64,000 nt of DNA from Antedon mediterranea (GCF_964355755.1 NC_092672.1:20845237-20909236), one strand, 5' to 3'; numbered from the stretch's first letter, positions 27,009-41,350 are shown. Notes: generated by a model from the sequence alone, not told the origin. Program-made: numbers and translations.

Positions 27009-27737
27009 TTTTAAATATTTCTATACGGGGAGGTGCCGCAATTACGGGTATTTTTTCGAGGGCCTGGTAGCACAAGTGTGGGAAAATATGGAGAGTTGGT
27101 AGCACAAGTGTGGGAAATGACAGAGTGAAATTAGTAGTTTAAGTCCCTGGCCCGCCCACCCGTGTTACAAATTTTCATTCTGGAATATTAAGAGAACTAG
27201 GGCCTAACATTAATATATGACATGTCAAAATTCATTGCCAACAATTGAGTGGCTTTAAAGCTCATAAGCTGTATTAGGACAGGTATGTAAAGTATTCCCA
27301 ATAGTTTCATTATTGTTTGTATTATATTACAGTTCATTGTTAAATCAATTGCACCAATGGTTAAATATAAATGCAAGCTACATTTCATCTTTAAACTTCA
27401 GCTGTCTGTATACTCCTTAAGGACAGAGAAGTTGTAAATCTGAATCACTACTGCATGAATTTTTGCAAGGTTAAATATTTGTCTTGAAACATTATTACAA
27501 TAACCGATAAATAATTTAATAATACAGTCAACTCTCCAAAACAGGACAGCCTTCTTGGTATTCTGAACAATTTGGGACATTAAAAAGGTATGGTTTTGGA
27601 TGAACTGATGTTTAATAAAACTTTACAGGTTCTTTACAATCAAATTCAGATTTTGATTGGTTGTTATTAAACTGTTATTAAATTGTAGTCACTTTTTAGT
27701 AATTCTGATTCTCATATATTGTCACATTTAAATTTGA

Positions 27738-30058
27738 TCTATTCCAATAATGTAGCAAGGCTATCCATGTCATTGTCTTTAAGTAGTAGAATGTTAATTC
27801 AGTGTTATGTTGTCACATGTTATAATTATATTGTTATCTTGTATTCTATCTATTTCAATAATGTAGCAAGGCTATCCATGTCATTGTCCTTAAGTAGTAG
27901 AATGTTAATTCAGTGTTATGTTGTCACATGTTATGTATTGTTATCTTGTATTCAATCTATTCCAATAATGTAGCAAGGCTATCCATGTCATTGTCCTTAA
28001 GTAGTAGAATGTTAATTCAGTGTTATGTTGTCACATGTTATGTATTGTTATCTTGTATTCAATCTATTCTATTCTCTATACATGCTTCATTGATTTAACA
28101 GCAGCATTCGACCATGTGAATCGTAATCTTCTTTTCCTAAGCGTTCGTAATAGGTTTCACTTAAACCAGTCTACTACTATGATTGACATTATACAATCAC
28201 TGTACAGCTCAACGAAAGCATACCTTGCTGACGACGATCCGAGTGATGATAAGTTCGAAACATCTTCTGGGGTGCGACAGGGTGGTATTGAGAGTACCAG
28301 CATGTTTAACCAATATTTTGATTACGTTATTAGAGTGTTCAAACAACGCTGTAAAGATGCTAGTTTGGATGGCCTAATGATACAATACCTAATTCCTATT
28401 GAAGCTACAAATCGTGCTCAAAGATGTAAAGCACCATCAAGGGGCATCTATGACGACTTTGAAAGTGGCTATGCTGACGACTTTGCTGTAAGCTCCTGGT
28501 CACAAGAAGAACTGCAAACCATTGTGAACATCTTGAATAAAGTTTGTCTGGAATTTGGTCTAAGAATTAGTGCCCCCAAAACAGAAACCATTATATGGAA
28601 CTGGAAAGAGGAAGTTGAAGAATACCCAAGATGCATCATACAAATTGGCGGCGTACACATTAACAACGTAACACACTTTAGATACCTTGGTGTATGGGCT
28701 ACCTACAATGATGTTCATATTGGAGATCAAGAAGTAAAATACAGAATCAATTCAGCCAAAGGAGCATTTGCAGAGAATAGGGCATTGCTTACCAACAGAA
28801 CGATCCACCTACAAACAAGAATGATGTTTCTTAATGGTCTAGTTAGGAGTAGACTCACCTATGGTTGCCATGCTTGGAGGGCAACAGGAAGTGAAATGTC
28901 CAAACTTAGCACAACATACAAAACCTTCCTAAGAAGAATGCTAGTGAATGGCTTTCAAAGAGTCTGCCCACCAAACCATGTAGACATATCCTCAGATGAA
29001 GAAACAGATGAAAACTATATAGACTGGCGTTACGTAATTGATAATGACGATCTCTACAAAATTACTGGCTGTCAACCGCTAGAAGAATATGTCTACAAGC
29101 AACAATTCAACTGGATCGGACATGTAATTAGAAAAGAAAATGAAGATCCTACAAAAATTCTTACTTTTCACACAACACAAAGTAAACGAAGAGGTCGGAA
29201 GATACCATCAGTACTTGATAGAGTTGTACAACAAAGTCAACTTACTAGATGCAACTTCATTAGAGCCTGCTTCAACAGAAATTTATAATTCCCAGCAATG
29301 TTTTAACTGTATATATGAACTGTTTTATAAGTTGTTTTGTGACTGTGTAATTTGGTAGTAGTCACTCTCATACTGTAGGCCTACATTTAAAAGTAACACA
29401 TCCAAATGCCAACTTCAAGTCAATGGCTACCAGATGTCTCTGTGAGACGGTTATTTGAACCAGTACCAGTACCAGTATTCCAATAATGTAGCAAGGCTAT
29501 CCATGTCATTGTTCTTAAGTAGTAGAATGTTAATTCAGTGTTATGTTGTCACATGTTATGTATTGTTATCTTGTATTCTATCTATTCCAATAATGTAGCA
29601 AGGCTATCCATGTCATTGTCCTTAAGTAGTAGAATGTTAATTCAGTGTTATGTTGTCACATGTTATGTATTGTTATCTTGTATTATATCTATTCCAATAA
29701 TGTAGCAAGGCTATCGATGTCATTGTCCTTAAGTAGTAGAATGTTAATTCAGTGTTATGTTGTCACATGTTATGTATTGTTATCTTGTATTCTATCTATT
29801 CCAATAATGTAGCAAGGCTATCCATGTCATTGTCCTTAAGTAGTAGAATGTTAATTCAGTGTTATGTTGTCACATGTTATGTATTGTTATCTTGTATTAT
29901 ATCTATTCCAATAATGTAGCAAGGCTATCGATGTCATTGTCCTTAAGTAGTAGAATGTTAATTCAGTGTTATGTTGTCACATGTTATGTATTGTTATCTT
30001 GTATTATATCTATTCCAATAATGTAGCAAGGCTATCCATGTCATTGTCCTTAAGTAGT
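27738..30058. repeat. 107-bp tandem repeat x ~9 made of the ROCO-DED stop-codon region plus 3'UTR, interrupted by a LINE
   Basis: Unit TATTCCAATAATGTAGCAAGGCTATCCATGTCATTGTCCTTAAGTAG... equals the last codons (LLKDNDMDSLATLLE*) of the 30010-30542 exon. Units start at ~29476, 29583, 29690, 29797, 29904, 30011. Confidence 0.93.
28074..29477 (+). mobile_element. 5'-truncated non-LTR retrotransposon (RTE-like) with RT ORF open to 29288
   Basis: FIDLTAAFDHVNR, GVRQGG, GYADD, KTE, FRYLG motifs; 3' tail (CCAGTA)3; inserted in one 107-bp repeat unit with TATTC on both sides. Confidence 0.9.
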
Positions 30059-33000
30059 CGAACGAATTCTGTGCTCTTTTTAGTGAATGTTTCTTTCATT
30101 ACTAGCTTAAATATTAAAATCCAAACATCATCTGATTCCTTAACCTTTAGGCCACGCAACTGTGCAATTTTTACTTTATCTGCATTACTTATCTTAAGAC
30201 CGAATCTGATCACCTTTCGTACATCATTCCAGCGTTCAGAGATGATTAATTTCTCAAATCCAGCAAAGGTTGGTATCAAGTGCTTGATGCTTTCATACAC
30301 ACCCTTCATTCCTCCTATTGCAATGATTTCAATGAGAACATCGATATTTGATTGGCTAATGATTCCAGGACCTTCAAGTAACTTAAACAGCTCAAATGGA
30401 TCATTCCTTCTTTCTATTTCGACAACAGAAATATGTTCACACTTGCAAAGTATAACTTTCAATAGATTGACTTTCTCTGATTCCTTGAACCACGATGACA
30501 CTTTGCTGAGCAGTTCCCGATAGTTATCGTCAGATAGTTCACCTAAAAAAATCAACAGTGTAATATATGTCACTGAGTCGTTTTTTTGTGTGGACACAAT
30601 AAAAGGCCGAGATAGCAGATTTGAAAAAATTTCAGTACCAACATTTTGAATAATGAATATATTTCAAAAAAATAAAAAGTTTGAAGGTCAACAAAACAGG
30701 AAATCTTTTAAATCATTAAAACATTCTTCCAATTCAACTTATAATCTTTGTGACCATACTATTGTAATTTGCCAACAGAAATTAAAGTTTAAAATCCACA
30801 TCATAAATGATGCATAGAATACACATGGTAGACAATCATCACACCATAGACAACACTTTACTAATAAATCAGTGATTTACTAACTAGATAACCATTAAAA
30901 AAATATCAATGTGGATAATTAAATTCTCACGTTATTATCTTAAAGGCCAGGTGCGGGCAAACAATTTCTATTGATCATACATTCCAATAATTATCGATCT
31001 ATAGTTTCCCCTTTGTTTCATCATTTTTTGGGATTTTATTTGTGTTACACGAGTTTGTTGAAAATAAGCACTTTCTTATCAGTGGGAGCATAGTTCAAAT
31101 TACACAGTAAAATCTCTATTCCTTTGTACACAAATTTTGTAAATAGAGAGGCATTTTAAAAAGCTATGAAAAATAAACGGTGTAGTAAAAAATGTTATCA
31201 GATCACTAAATATAGGTAATATAAGTTGAATTTTACATTTCTGGTATTTTTATTCAACTTCAGATTTTCTTATTTTCATGCTATAGCAAACATTATCCAC
31301 CGTATATCCACCATCTTTTTTTCAACTTCTAAGGAGTCACCAGACATGTTATTACATTAGGTTAAACTACCTAAGTACTGAAAAAAAGTCTTCCTGGTTT
31401 TCATGGCAGAATTTTGCCAAATTTTGTATTTGACCATATTAAGGGAAAATTCGTGTTTTTTTCGTCTTGATTTCTGCTACAAACTTTCCAGAAATCAGAT
31501 CAAAATTTATATTCCTGCATAGGGAATAATTAATATCCCCAAAACACAGACATGGTAGTTGAAAGTGATTAATACAGAATCTGTTTAGTTGTTATCCTTA
31601 TGTATTACCAACTTTATATTACATTTAACTTGAAACATAATGTATCTATCCTTCAGGTTTCTTGATGTAGTTCACAACAGTAGTTTAATCATAGTTCAAT
31701 TGTGAAGCATTTTCTCACCTTAGCTGGTACTAATTACATATTTCTACATTTAGCTATTGCCATTTCAACATTAGCTAATTTTTTCTACATTATTGGTTGT
31801 AACACTACCCTATCCAAGGATCTCTAATGATCTAATGATAATCAACTAACCTGTTCGTAATGAGCTTGCAGCTAGAGGAGTAGTAGTCTGTGTTTCTATA
31901 CAAAATAAACATATACATATAAAGAATACAGTATCATAATAATCATGTTAGAAAAACACTATCGCTTTTTGATGATGAACAACTCTAAAATGTATATAAA
32001 ATGTATATAGAAAATGTTTTTTTACTTTATATCTATTATGTTGTGTTTATTGTTTTATGTTTTTTTATGTAAAAGGGTCCTGCGAAAACAGAAGTGTAAA
32101 CTTCTTTATGCAGGATCCTTGCCATCATTTATGCTATGAAACTACAGTATACTATAAAGGATGAGTAAATAAATGTGAATTGAATTCAATACACTGTTCT
32201 GTTGATAACACTAAGATGCACTGTTTTATGATTCCGTATCCTATTCATATATTTTTCATTTGACAACTTTCCATATGATACATAATGGTCTCTACGGATA
32301 GCCAACTAACAATAATGATTCTTGCGAGATGTCAGTTGTTTGTTGCCTTCCATATCTACATGATGCATCAGATGCTATCTATTGTACATTAATGAGTCTA
32401 GTCAAGTGGGTAGATAAAGAGGTTGCAAAAACATAGAGATTTAAAATGGTCTATGTCAGTTGTTTGTTGCCTTCCATATCTACATGATCCATCACATGCT
32501 ATCTATTGTACATTAATGAGTCTAGTCTAGTGGATAGATAAAGAGGCTACAAAAACATAGAGATTTAAAATGGTCTATGTCAGTTGTGCGTTGCCTTCCA
32601 TATTTACATGATCCATCACATGCTATCTATTGTACATTAATGAGTCTAGTCTAGTGGGTAGATAAAGAGGCTACAAAAACATAGACATTTAAAATGGTCT
32701 ATGTCAGTTGTTTGCTGCCTTCTATATCTACATGATGCAAAGACTAAGAAGGCAAAAACCAACACACCTGCCAAGAGGAGGCCTAAGAAAACTGGGGAAA
32801 CGGAACTGGCAGAACTTACGGCAATTGTTAAAAACCTTTCCGCCGAAACAATTGAAGGGTAACCCATCGTTGACAGTTGATATTACTAACATCATCGAAC
32901 GAAATATGTCCGAACTAACTGATTTTCCCGCTGAATGAGACCTCACGACGGGCATCCCCCAGAAAATTGATACAATTAGCGATAGTACCCCGCCATAATG

Positions 33001-36000
33001 TAAACATATCCCTATCTCTCTGGCCGAAGGAAATCTTATTTCCAATCCTTTCAACTATTCCGGTGGGGTCAAGGCTGGAGCTCTTTCCGAAACCCTAAAG
33101 AATAAAATTCAGGCCCATAGGTTTGTCGACATAGTGTGATCTTCGCCCCCGTGACCCACCAATGACGTTCAATATACAATACAATGGGGGTCTTGAACTT
33201 GTCCCTAAATTGAAAAGACGGGGGTTAGATGAACAGGAGTGGTTCACGGCTTTCTTTGACTTTGCAACCATATACCTGTCCGCCCACCCTCAAGATCTGC
33301 AAGAATTATTTACTTATCTGAAATTCATTCAAAGCCTAAAAAAACAATATCCGACTTCATGGCAACTGTACGACCGTCACTTCCGCACACAAAGTGCTCT
33401 TGGGCCACCGTCCGCGTGGACCTTTTGCACAACTTAGCACACGGTGAACAATCACAACAACCACAAACCAACAATACATTTCGGTCTACATTTCAGGCAA
33501 AAATACCCATCGGGTTCTGCAGGGTATTCCACGATCCAGGATGATTCTGCTCAAACGACAGTTGTGCATTCAAACACACTTGTGTATAAAGACAAGGATA
33601 CACTGAGGCGTGTAGAAAGACAAGGATACACTGAGGCGTGTAGAAAGACAAGGATACACTGAGGCGTGTAGAAAGACAAGGATACACTGAGGCGTGTATA
33701 AAGACAAGGATACACTGAGGCGTGTATAAAGACAAGGATACACTGAGCCGTGTATAAAGACAAGGATACACTGAGGCGTGTATAAAGACATGGATACACT
33801 GAGGCGTGTATAAAGACAAGGATACACTGAGGCGTGTATAAAGACAAGGATACACTGAGGCGTGTATAAAGACAAGGATACACTGAGGCGTGTATAATTG
33901 CAAATAAAATAAATTGTGTGCATAGTTTTTATAATAGAAATATAATGAGTAAAGTTATTTCTTGAATAAAACAAAATGGTGTTGTTATTATGCTAACCAA
34001 CAACATAAAACATTACCAGTAGTTCTTTGAACTTTTGATAAAGAAGATTGGGCATCGCTGCCACTCGCATTATAAGAATTTTCTAAAGTGGTTTTTCTTT
34101 TCTTTCTACAAGGTTGGTCAGTATTAGATTTTGAGATAGAAGCTAAATACAAATGATAAAACATCATTAAGCAAAGGTATTTCTTACATGTAAAATAAAA
34201 ACTAGAGATAAAGGTTAAAATGCATCAACTGAAAATTTGAGGTTTGGAATACCATTAGTTAAAGAACAAAAATAAGAATGTTTGCCTGTTTTGTTTTATG
34301 TCATATGTATTATGGATTATTAGGCCTATACCTTGTTCATCTTTTATTTCTCCAAACAGTTTACGGTAACGTTTCACGTCCAATGCTTTGCTTTTACATG
34401 GCAACACATCTTGGTCAAATTTGCAAACAACCTGCATATGAGTACGTTCACTATTTAAACATGCACAACGGATGTACATCTTTACTTCAACACCACGTGC
34501 ACCATTCTGACTTAAAACTTGCAATTCTTTTTCAAGGAAATTAAGGACCTAGAAAAAATAAAAAATATTTAAAATAATCTCAATAAAATGACTTTACTAC
34601 ATTTAAAATGATTTAAAGAGAAAAATAATAATACTTATATCTTGTCTTATCTTATATCTTATATTACATATTTACACAGACATTTATAATCATTCAAAAA
34701 CAACCCAGGAGCTTATAAATTTACACTGACAAAACAAGCAAAATTATACTATTAACATTAGTTTATTTGGTACTAATAGTTTATAAAGTTACACTGACAA
34801 ATATCAAGCAAGTAAATTATACTAGGCATAGATAACATTGTAAATTTCACATCCTAATGAAATTCAAAGTTTGTGCTAATTAAATGTAGCATAAAGTATT
34901 ATAGTTTCTTTGGTACTTATAGTTTACCTTCTTACAGATGCTAGGTTGTGGATCATCATCTTCAGGAGAGCTACTTCCTGATTCTGTGTTCATGATGGTC
35001 GTTCTGACAATTGTTGTCTGCAATATAAAAAACAAATCAATTCCAAAGTGATTACTACTGATATCATTCCAGAAATGGCAATAAACCAAGTAAATTTAAA
35101 GTTACTGACAGTGTATATTTTAATATCTGTTATATCCAGAAGTGGTGACCACCAAAAACAGAGAATGGTTTAATAAACATATAATAAACAACATAAGAAC
35201 AATCCCCCAACATAATACTTGTGATTTTACTGGCATTCAAGGCATGATTGCATTATCAAGTTTACCTGGAACAAACGGCAATTGTTGATGGTAGTTACAT
35301 TTAGAATGACAAGATGATGGCCATCAATGTTCAGTTCTACATGCTCGTAAGATAATGTAGGCTCAACATCTTCCATTTGAAATTCCTCGATAAATTTAGT
35401 CGCAACACGTTGAAAGAGATCATCTGGAAGGTAGCCATCAAAGTCATGAAAGAGAGAAACAGCACGTTTCTCTTCATATTCAACAGCCTCTGTATCATCA
35501 CGTATGGGCTTTAGGCGTGAAAGAACATAGAACGTTCGTCCAACATTCTATAGAAACAAAAATAGAACATGAGTAGTAGATGGAATATATTAAAAAATAA
35601 TTGAATTAAATATTTAAAATAAAATGTAAATACCTCTTTACTCCTTTTTTCACACATTAACCCAAAGGTTTGCATTAGAGACACAAAGAAGATAATCATC
35701 TCATCTGACTCATCCTTCCAAATATGCCGCAACAGTCTTTCATCTAGTTTGCCCCCATTTAAATTTCTCCAAAGCTGTTTCAGAGATGGCTAAAAAACAT
35801 AAAAGCACAAAAGTGTAATTTGTTAATGCAACAAAGTAATTGTTATTCTTCTGGTCAGTAGAACCTCTCCTTTGGGAAAACCTTATTGAAGCTTACTTGT
35901 GAAATGAATGAGAGGCAGATTAATACCACGGCTAACCTCTATTAAGGGGACACTTTGTTGGGCCTTCCCTTAAACCTTATTAAAACTTACTTGTGAAATG

Positions 36001-39000
36001 AAAGAGAGACAGATTAAGACCATGGCTAACCTCTATTAAGGGGACACTTTGTTGGGCCTTCCCTTAAACCTTATTAAAACTTACTGGTGAAATGAATGAG
36101 AGGCAGATTAACACCATAGCTAACCTCTATTAAGGGGACACTTTGTTGGGCCTTCCCTTAAACCTTATTAAAACTTACTGGTGAAATGAATGAGAGGCAG
36201 ATTAACACCATAGCTAACCTCTATTAAGGGACACTTTGTTGGGCCTTCCCTTAAACCTTATTAAAACTTACTGGTGAAATGAATGAGATGCAGATAAACA
36301 CCATAGCTAACCTCTATTAAGGGGACACTTTGTTGGGCCTTCCCTTAAACCTTATTGAAACTTACTGGTGAAATGAATGAGAGGCAGATTAACACCATAG
36401 CTAACCTCTATTAAGGGGACACTTTGTTGGGCCTTCCCTTAAACCTTATTAAAACTTACTTGTGAAATGAAAGAGAGACAGATTAAGACCATGGCTAACC
36501 TCTATTAAGGGGACACTTTGTTGGGCCTTCCCTTAAACCTTATTAAAACTTACTTGTGAAATGAAAGAGAGACAGATTAAGACCATGGCTAACCTCTATT
36601 AAGGGGACACTTTGTTGGGCCTTCCCTTAAACCTTATTAAACTTACTTGTGAAATGAAAGAGAGACAGATTAAGACCATGGCTAACCTCTATTAAGGGGA
36701 CACTTTGTTGGGTCTTCCCTTAATGGGAGTGCTACAGTAATATGTTTATTAGAATATAATAGAAATAATAAGGTATAATTTCGTTCTCTGTGTGGCAGAT
36801 ATTACATTTTTGCAGGTAAATGCATCACACTAAAAAAAGATTACCACAATGTTTACGTCTGATGATATTCACCAATGATTGACACCACTCAAAAAAGTGA
36901 AGTTTACTAACCTGAATGCTGGGATCTATAACTGTGATGATTGTTTTAAACTTGTCAACTACTCCCATCAAATCTATAACAATTTTTTCTTTGAGGATCT
37001 TGTCATCCGGGTAGAACAGAATTTCGCCGATGTCATGCAAGTACTCAAGAAACAGTTTTCTGTCAGTTATCTTACAACGAGCAAGTAAATCATTAATCTA
37101 AAAGTTAAATAAATATCATAATGAAAAATGTAATGAAAAAAATAAATGCTGATTAATTACAAACTGGTTTTCTGTTGATGTTATCATTCATTTCGTTGTT
37201 GAAAGGTTGTCTATATAGGACATAATACTTTATCATGCAAGGGTAGATTTGAATTCTGAAATTTTCCCAACCAACAGTAAACTCAAGGTTCACCACTTAC
37301 TTCAATAATTATTAGAGGACAAAAAATGTTCCTTTTGTTTTGGTACTTGGTACTCTACTAAAATTGCACCGTTCCTGTTTGAAGATTCACTTCAAACACT
37401 CATTTGTTGAAGATTCACCATAAACAGTCAATTAACACAGACAGAAAAGCAGGGATTACTGTTATATTACTATCAATAACAAACTTGTATCCCACACAAT
37501 TTCAAATGTAATAAAAACAAGTTTGCTTTTTTTTCACTATAATTAACACCATTCAATGCAAAAACAGGGTTTATTGCTTTAAATGTAATGGATGTTAAAC
37601 ATTAAAAGACACATTCATCAATCAATCTGTTAAAGATATTTTATTCTAACCTCAGATGTTGGTAGATATAATTTGGCTTTTCGTAACTGTTGTATTTCCA
37701 GCAGTACTTGTAGCCATTTAATTGGAAAAGTAAGAATCATCATCTGGACTAATTTTTGTATTTTGAGGATGATTTTAGAAGCACCGCTCTTTTCAAATGA
37801 GACACTGTTTTCAATGGTAAAGAGCTCTCCTTGATACACCATGTCCTCAAATGGTTTTCCTTCCATGGCTTTCCAAAGTATATTCTCTATTTCCTTTACC
37901 TAAAATAAATAACATCATATTTGAATTATACTTATGTCAAGGGAAGATTTAGAGTGTGCTTAGCCAACCAAAACCCCTTTTGTAAAGTGCAAAAAATGTT
38001 TCTTTTAAGTTATGTTACGCATTTACTTACCCAGTGTACATTGTAACCAATATAAGAAAACATATTCAAAATGTGTGCTAAATCATAGATATTTGTATAC
38101 CCTTTTATTTGTTTTATTATATCGAAATGAAAAAAAAATTAAGTTAAGTTAATTAGTTAATCATAAGCCAGCACAGTACAGTAGTATGCTCATGACATGA
38201 CGTATAAAACAATCATAAATGATTGCCAATGTTAGAGATGAAACTACATATTGTTTCCAATGAATTAATGACAATATACAATTTTGTACTGTTTAAAAGG
38301 AAATGTGATGACATATGTACCCTTTGTTGTCTTTCTTGTTCAGTTTTACCAAGGCTCTCATAATGTGTACCAATCAGCATTATCTTGTTATTTTTTCCTT
38401 TTCTTACGTTTACAAAAACAGAACGAATCCAAAACAGAATGAAGTCAAGATTTGTCATTCGATGTTCATAAACTTTTCCCTAAATAAAAAAAAAATGAAC
38501 AAAATTTACATTTAAAATTTTTAAAGTTCTAGTTTGACAAATTATCTATTATTATTAGCAGCACAAATTAATAGAAAAACAACACTATCATGGAAGTGGA
38601 AATAACAACAATCATATATCAGGCATCTGCTATTAACAACACTATCATGGAAGTGGAATTAACAACAATCATATATCAGGCATCTGCTATTAACAACACT
38701 ATCATGGAAGTGAAAATAACAACAATCATATATCATTATCAGGCATCTGCTATTAACAACACTACCATGGAAGTGGAAATAACAACAATCATATATCAGG
38801 CATGGGAAACCATCAGGCATCTGCTATTAACAACACTATCATGGAAGTGGAATTAACAACAATCATATATCAGGCATCTGCTATTAACAACACTATCATG
38901 GAAGTGGAATTAACAACAATCATATATCAGGCATCTGCTATTAACAACACTATCATAGAAGTGGAAATAACAACAATCATATATCAGGCATCTGCTATTA

Positions 39001-41350
39001 ACAACACTATCATGGAAGTGGAAATAACCACAATCATATATCAGGCATCTGCTATTAACAAAACTATCATAGAAGTGGAATTAACAACAATCATATATTA
39101 GGCATCTGCTATTAACAACACTATCATGGAAGTGGAAATAACAACAATCATATATCAGGCATCTGCTATTAACAACACTATCATGGAAGTGGAAATAACA
39201 ACAATCATATATCAGGCATCTGCTATTTGCACAGTTTGTGTTAAGGTAAAGAATAACATGAAGGAAACAATTTATTTATGTACAATTACATAAACATTTG
39301 AAATTTGTAAAATCTACTTACAGTAGTTGGATCACGAACTTTAGCTGGGGCATTAAGACCTTCCTTCATGTTGAATACCACACATACAACAGCATAAGAC
39401 ACCATGAATATCTAGTAAACATAATCATAATAGTCAATATTACAAACTGTTTATACACATGTGTCAGTATACTGGCACAACTGATTATTTGATACTTTTG
39501 TTTTCCTCACAAACTGCATGTTAACCTTGGAAACATTTACAATCTTAATCATTGGTTTAATAAATAATGAATGTTTAATATTACATTCTTTCTTTGCTAT
39601 CCCTCTCTGCTAATAATACATTATATTACATCAATTAATACTATTTTACTTAAAGTCTCCCAAAACTGGACACCATTCGGCTGGCATAATATGTCTTGGT
39701 TTACAGAAATTCTGATATTCCAAATGTATGTTTAAAGGTAAAAAAGAATTTGGAACTTTTGACCTCAATTCTGGGTTTGGTTTCTGGTAATTAGGGACTA
39801 GAGACCGAGTTGTCTTTATTAAATTAAATGAAGAATAAAATAATTTATAATATTGTAATAATAATAATAATTGTATTTTATATCTGATACTGACATATTG
39901 TACTATATTAGATCCACATTTTTGTAATACCTTGGAGGAAGATTATAGGTTCTTAACTTCAAATCAAGTGAGCAAGCTTTTTGATTTCAGTGCTCATATT
40001 GTAACAAGGCCAAAAGACAAAGTATACACTGAAACTAACAGACGCTCAGAAGAAGGCATGTATATTGAATATTATATTATTAATATTATAATCTCTATTA
40101 ATACAAATTAAATACACCAATAAAATTTACCCGTTGTATCACATGGTAAATTGGTTGACCACCAAAGTCCCAGATATGCATAACAAACTTGTTGCTATCC
40201 ACTTTAGAGTCACCACCTTCTCTTGCAGAGCGAAGTTTGCTTACAAATTTGTTCCTGAACCCTTTAGGAATTTCTGGTTTTTCTTCATACACTGGTTCTG
40301 TTGTGATAAAATATATAACACATACAACAACTTGCATTAGGTCTCAATTGTGATTACCAACTATAACTTTTTTATTTAAAGAAAAAGTATTTCTAATGCA
40401 ATATTTAAGTATTCTAAACCTTATCCTTTCCAATCAATGGTTTAGTGATGAGTTTATTTAACCACATTGTACTGCAAGTTGAATAGATTACACAGCAGTG
40501 TCATACAAAATACAAATATTAGTATTAACTGTCAAAGTAACTTGCAAGATAATATATGTTCATTAGCAGACACTGATGATTATGATTAAATTTCCGCTCC
40601 TTTAATCATTTCAACATTTAGCACTTTAGTCTTTATTTCTGATATCATTAAAATGTATGAACAGCACAATCAAACACATTTCAAAATAAATATTTACCCT
40701 CTTTTTGTGGACTTGGCATTGGATATGAACTTGTTGATGTTTCAGCAAATTTGGCTTCCTGTTTTGATGTTGATGCTCCTGTGGGGTTTTTCTCTTCCTC
40801 ATGTCTACTTTCTGAAAAATGTGATGATATAATTAAAGATGATGCTATCTTGTTATAAATAGCATAATGTATTAGCATTCATCATTATGCTTTATAATCA
40901 AATTAACTTGGCAAGAACAAAGTTTAGTGTAATGAATCATTTTTTGTCGATTCCAACCTGATCCAATTTGCCATCATCATTATAATATGTGTACCTTTTG
41001 TATTCTCTATTTGAATTCAAATGTCACAGCAGTAATCACAGCAAAATGCTGTATAAAGTCTTTTATCAAAACTTTTATATTAAATTTATTTAAAAAAAAT
41101 CTCTTTTGTACCAATTTTATATTGATTGGTATTTTGTGCCTTTTATGTTTATACTTTTTAATTTATTTTACAGCAGATTACAATAACAATAAAGAAATTT
41201 TAAGTAAATTTGAATTAACTTTCATTAAAATCTTTTACCAGATTTTGTTTCCTGCTTTGATGGTCCTGCTCTTGGTGTGTATCCTTTTCTATGGCGTGGA
41301 CTTTTCAACATTTGTTTGACTGTGACATCAGTGACAGCATCCTGATACAT
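30010..41350 (-). CDS. ROCO-like protein, copy 2: partial Roc (G3-G5), COR, linker and C-terminal tandem DED-like domains; 14 exons, 841 aa from an internal Met
   Basis: Phase-consistent GT-AG exons 41239-41352, 40698-40811, 40131-40297, 39322-39411, 38321-38479, 37651-37899, 36912-37097, 35634-35789, 35266-35547, 34928-35017, 34332-34548, 34017-34142, 31851-31895, 30010-30542. Motifs WDFGGQPIY (G3), IGTHYE (G4-like), IENS (G5), FPIKWL/LHDIGEILFY (COR), YRELLSKVS..FELFKLLE..ISQSNIDVLIEI (DED-like). No stop seen. Confidence 0.85.
32325..32737. repeat. Tandem repeat, ~124-bp unit x ~3.3
   Basis: ATGTCAGTTGTTTGTTGCCTTCCATATCTACATGAT... recurs at ~124-bp spacing. Confidence 0.9.
32738..33582 (+). 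mobile_element. DIRS/Ngaro-type (tyrosine recombinase retrotransposon) gag-like remnant
   Basis: LSETLKNKIQAHRFVD, WFTAFFDFATIY..LFTYLKFI..WQLYDRHFR and a C-terminal GFCRVFH..C..C.F.H.C zinc-finger-like motif, broken by stops and frameshifts. Confidence 0.65.
33583..33897. repeat. 28-bp tandem repeat x ~11
   Basis: ATAAAGACAAGGATACACTGAGGCGTGT repeated. Confidence 0.95.
35881..36722. repeat. ~94-bp minisatellite x ~9 (paralog of 6572-7121)
   Basis: Same unit at the same intron position in the duplicate. Confidence 0.95.
38578..39226. repeat. 57-bp minisatellite x ~11 (paralog of 8002-11079)
   Basis: Same unit and same right flank TTTGCACAGTTTGTG. Confidence 0.95.

Noticed and set aside
24536-27105. 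576-aa and related repeat ORFs, or a CRISPR-like array
   Set aside because: Head-to-tail minisatellite with no unique spacers and no cas genes, in eukaryotic context; frames are broken by variant units.
27197-27580. Short minus-strand ORFs
   Set aside because: No motif support; possibly a highly decayed LINE 3' remnant.
28020-28075. ORF-track N-terminus MLCCHMLC.. of the 422-aa RT
   Set aside because: It derives from the flanking 107-bp repeat; the LINE is 5'-truncated at ~28074.
33583-33897. 28-bp repeats as CRISPR direct repeats
   Set aside because: The repeats are contiguous, with no spacers.
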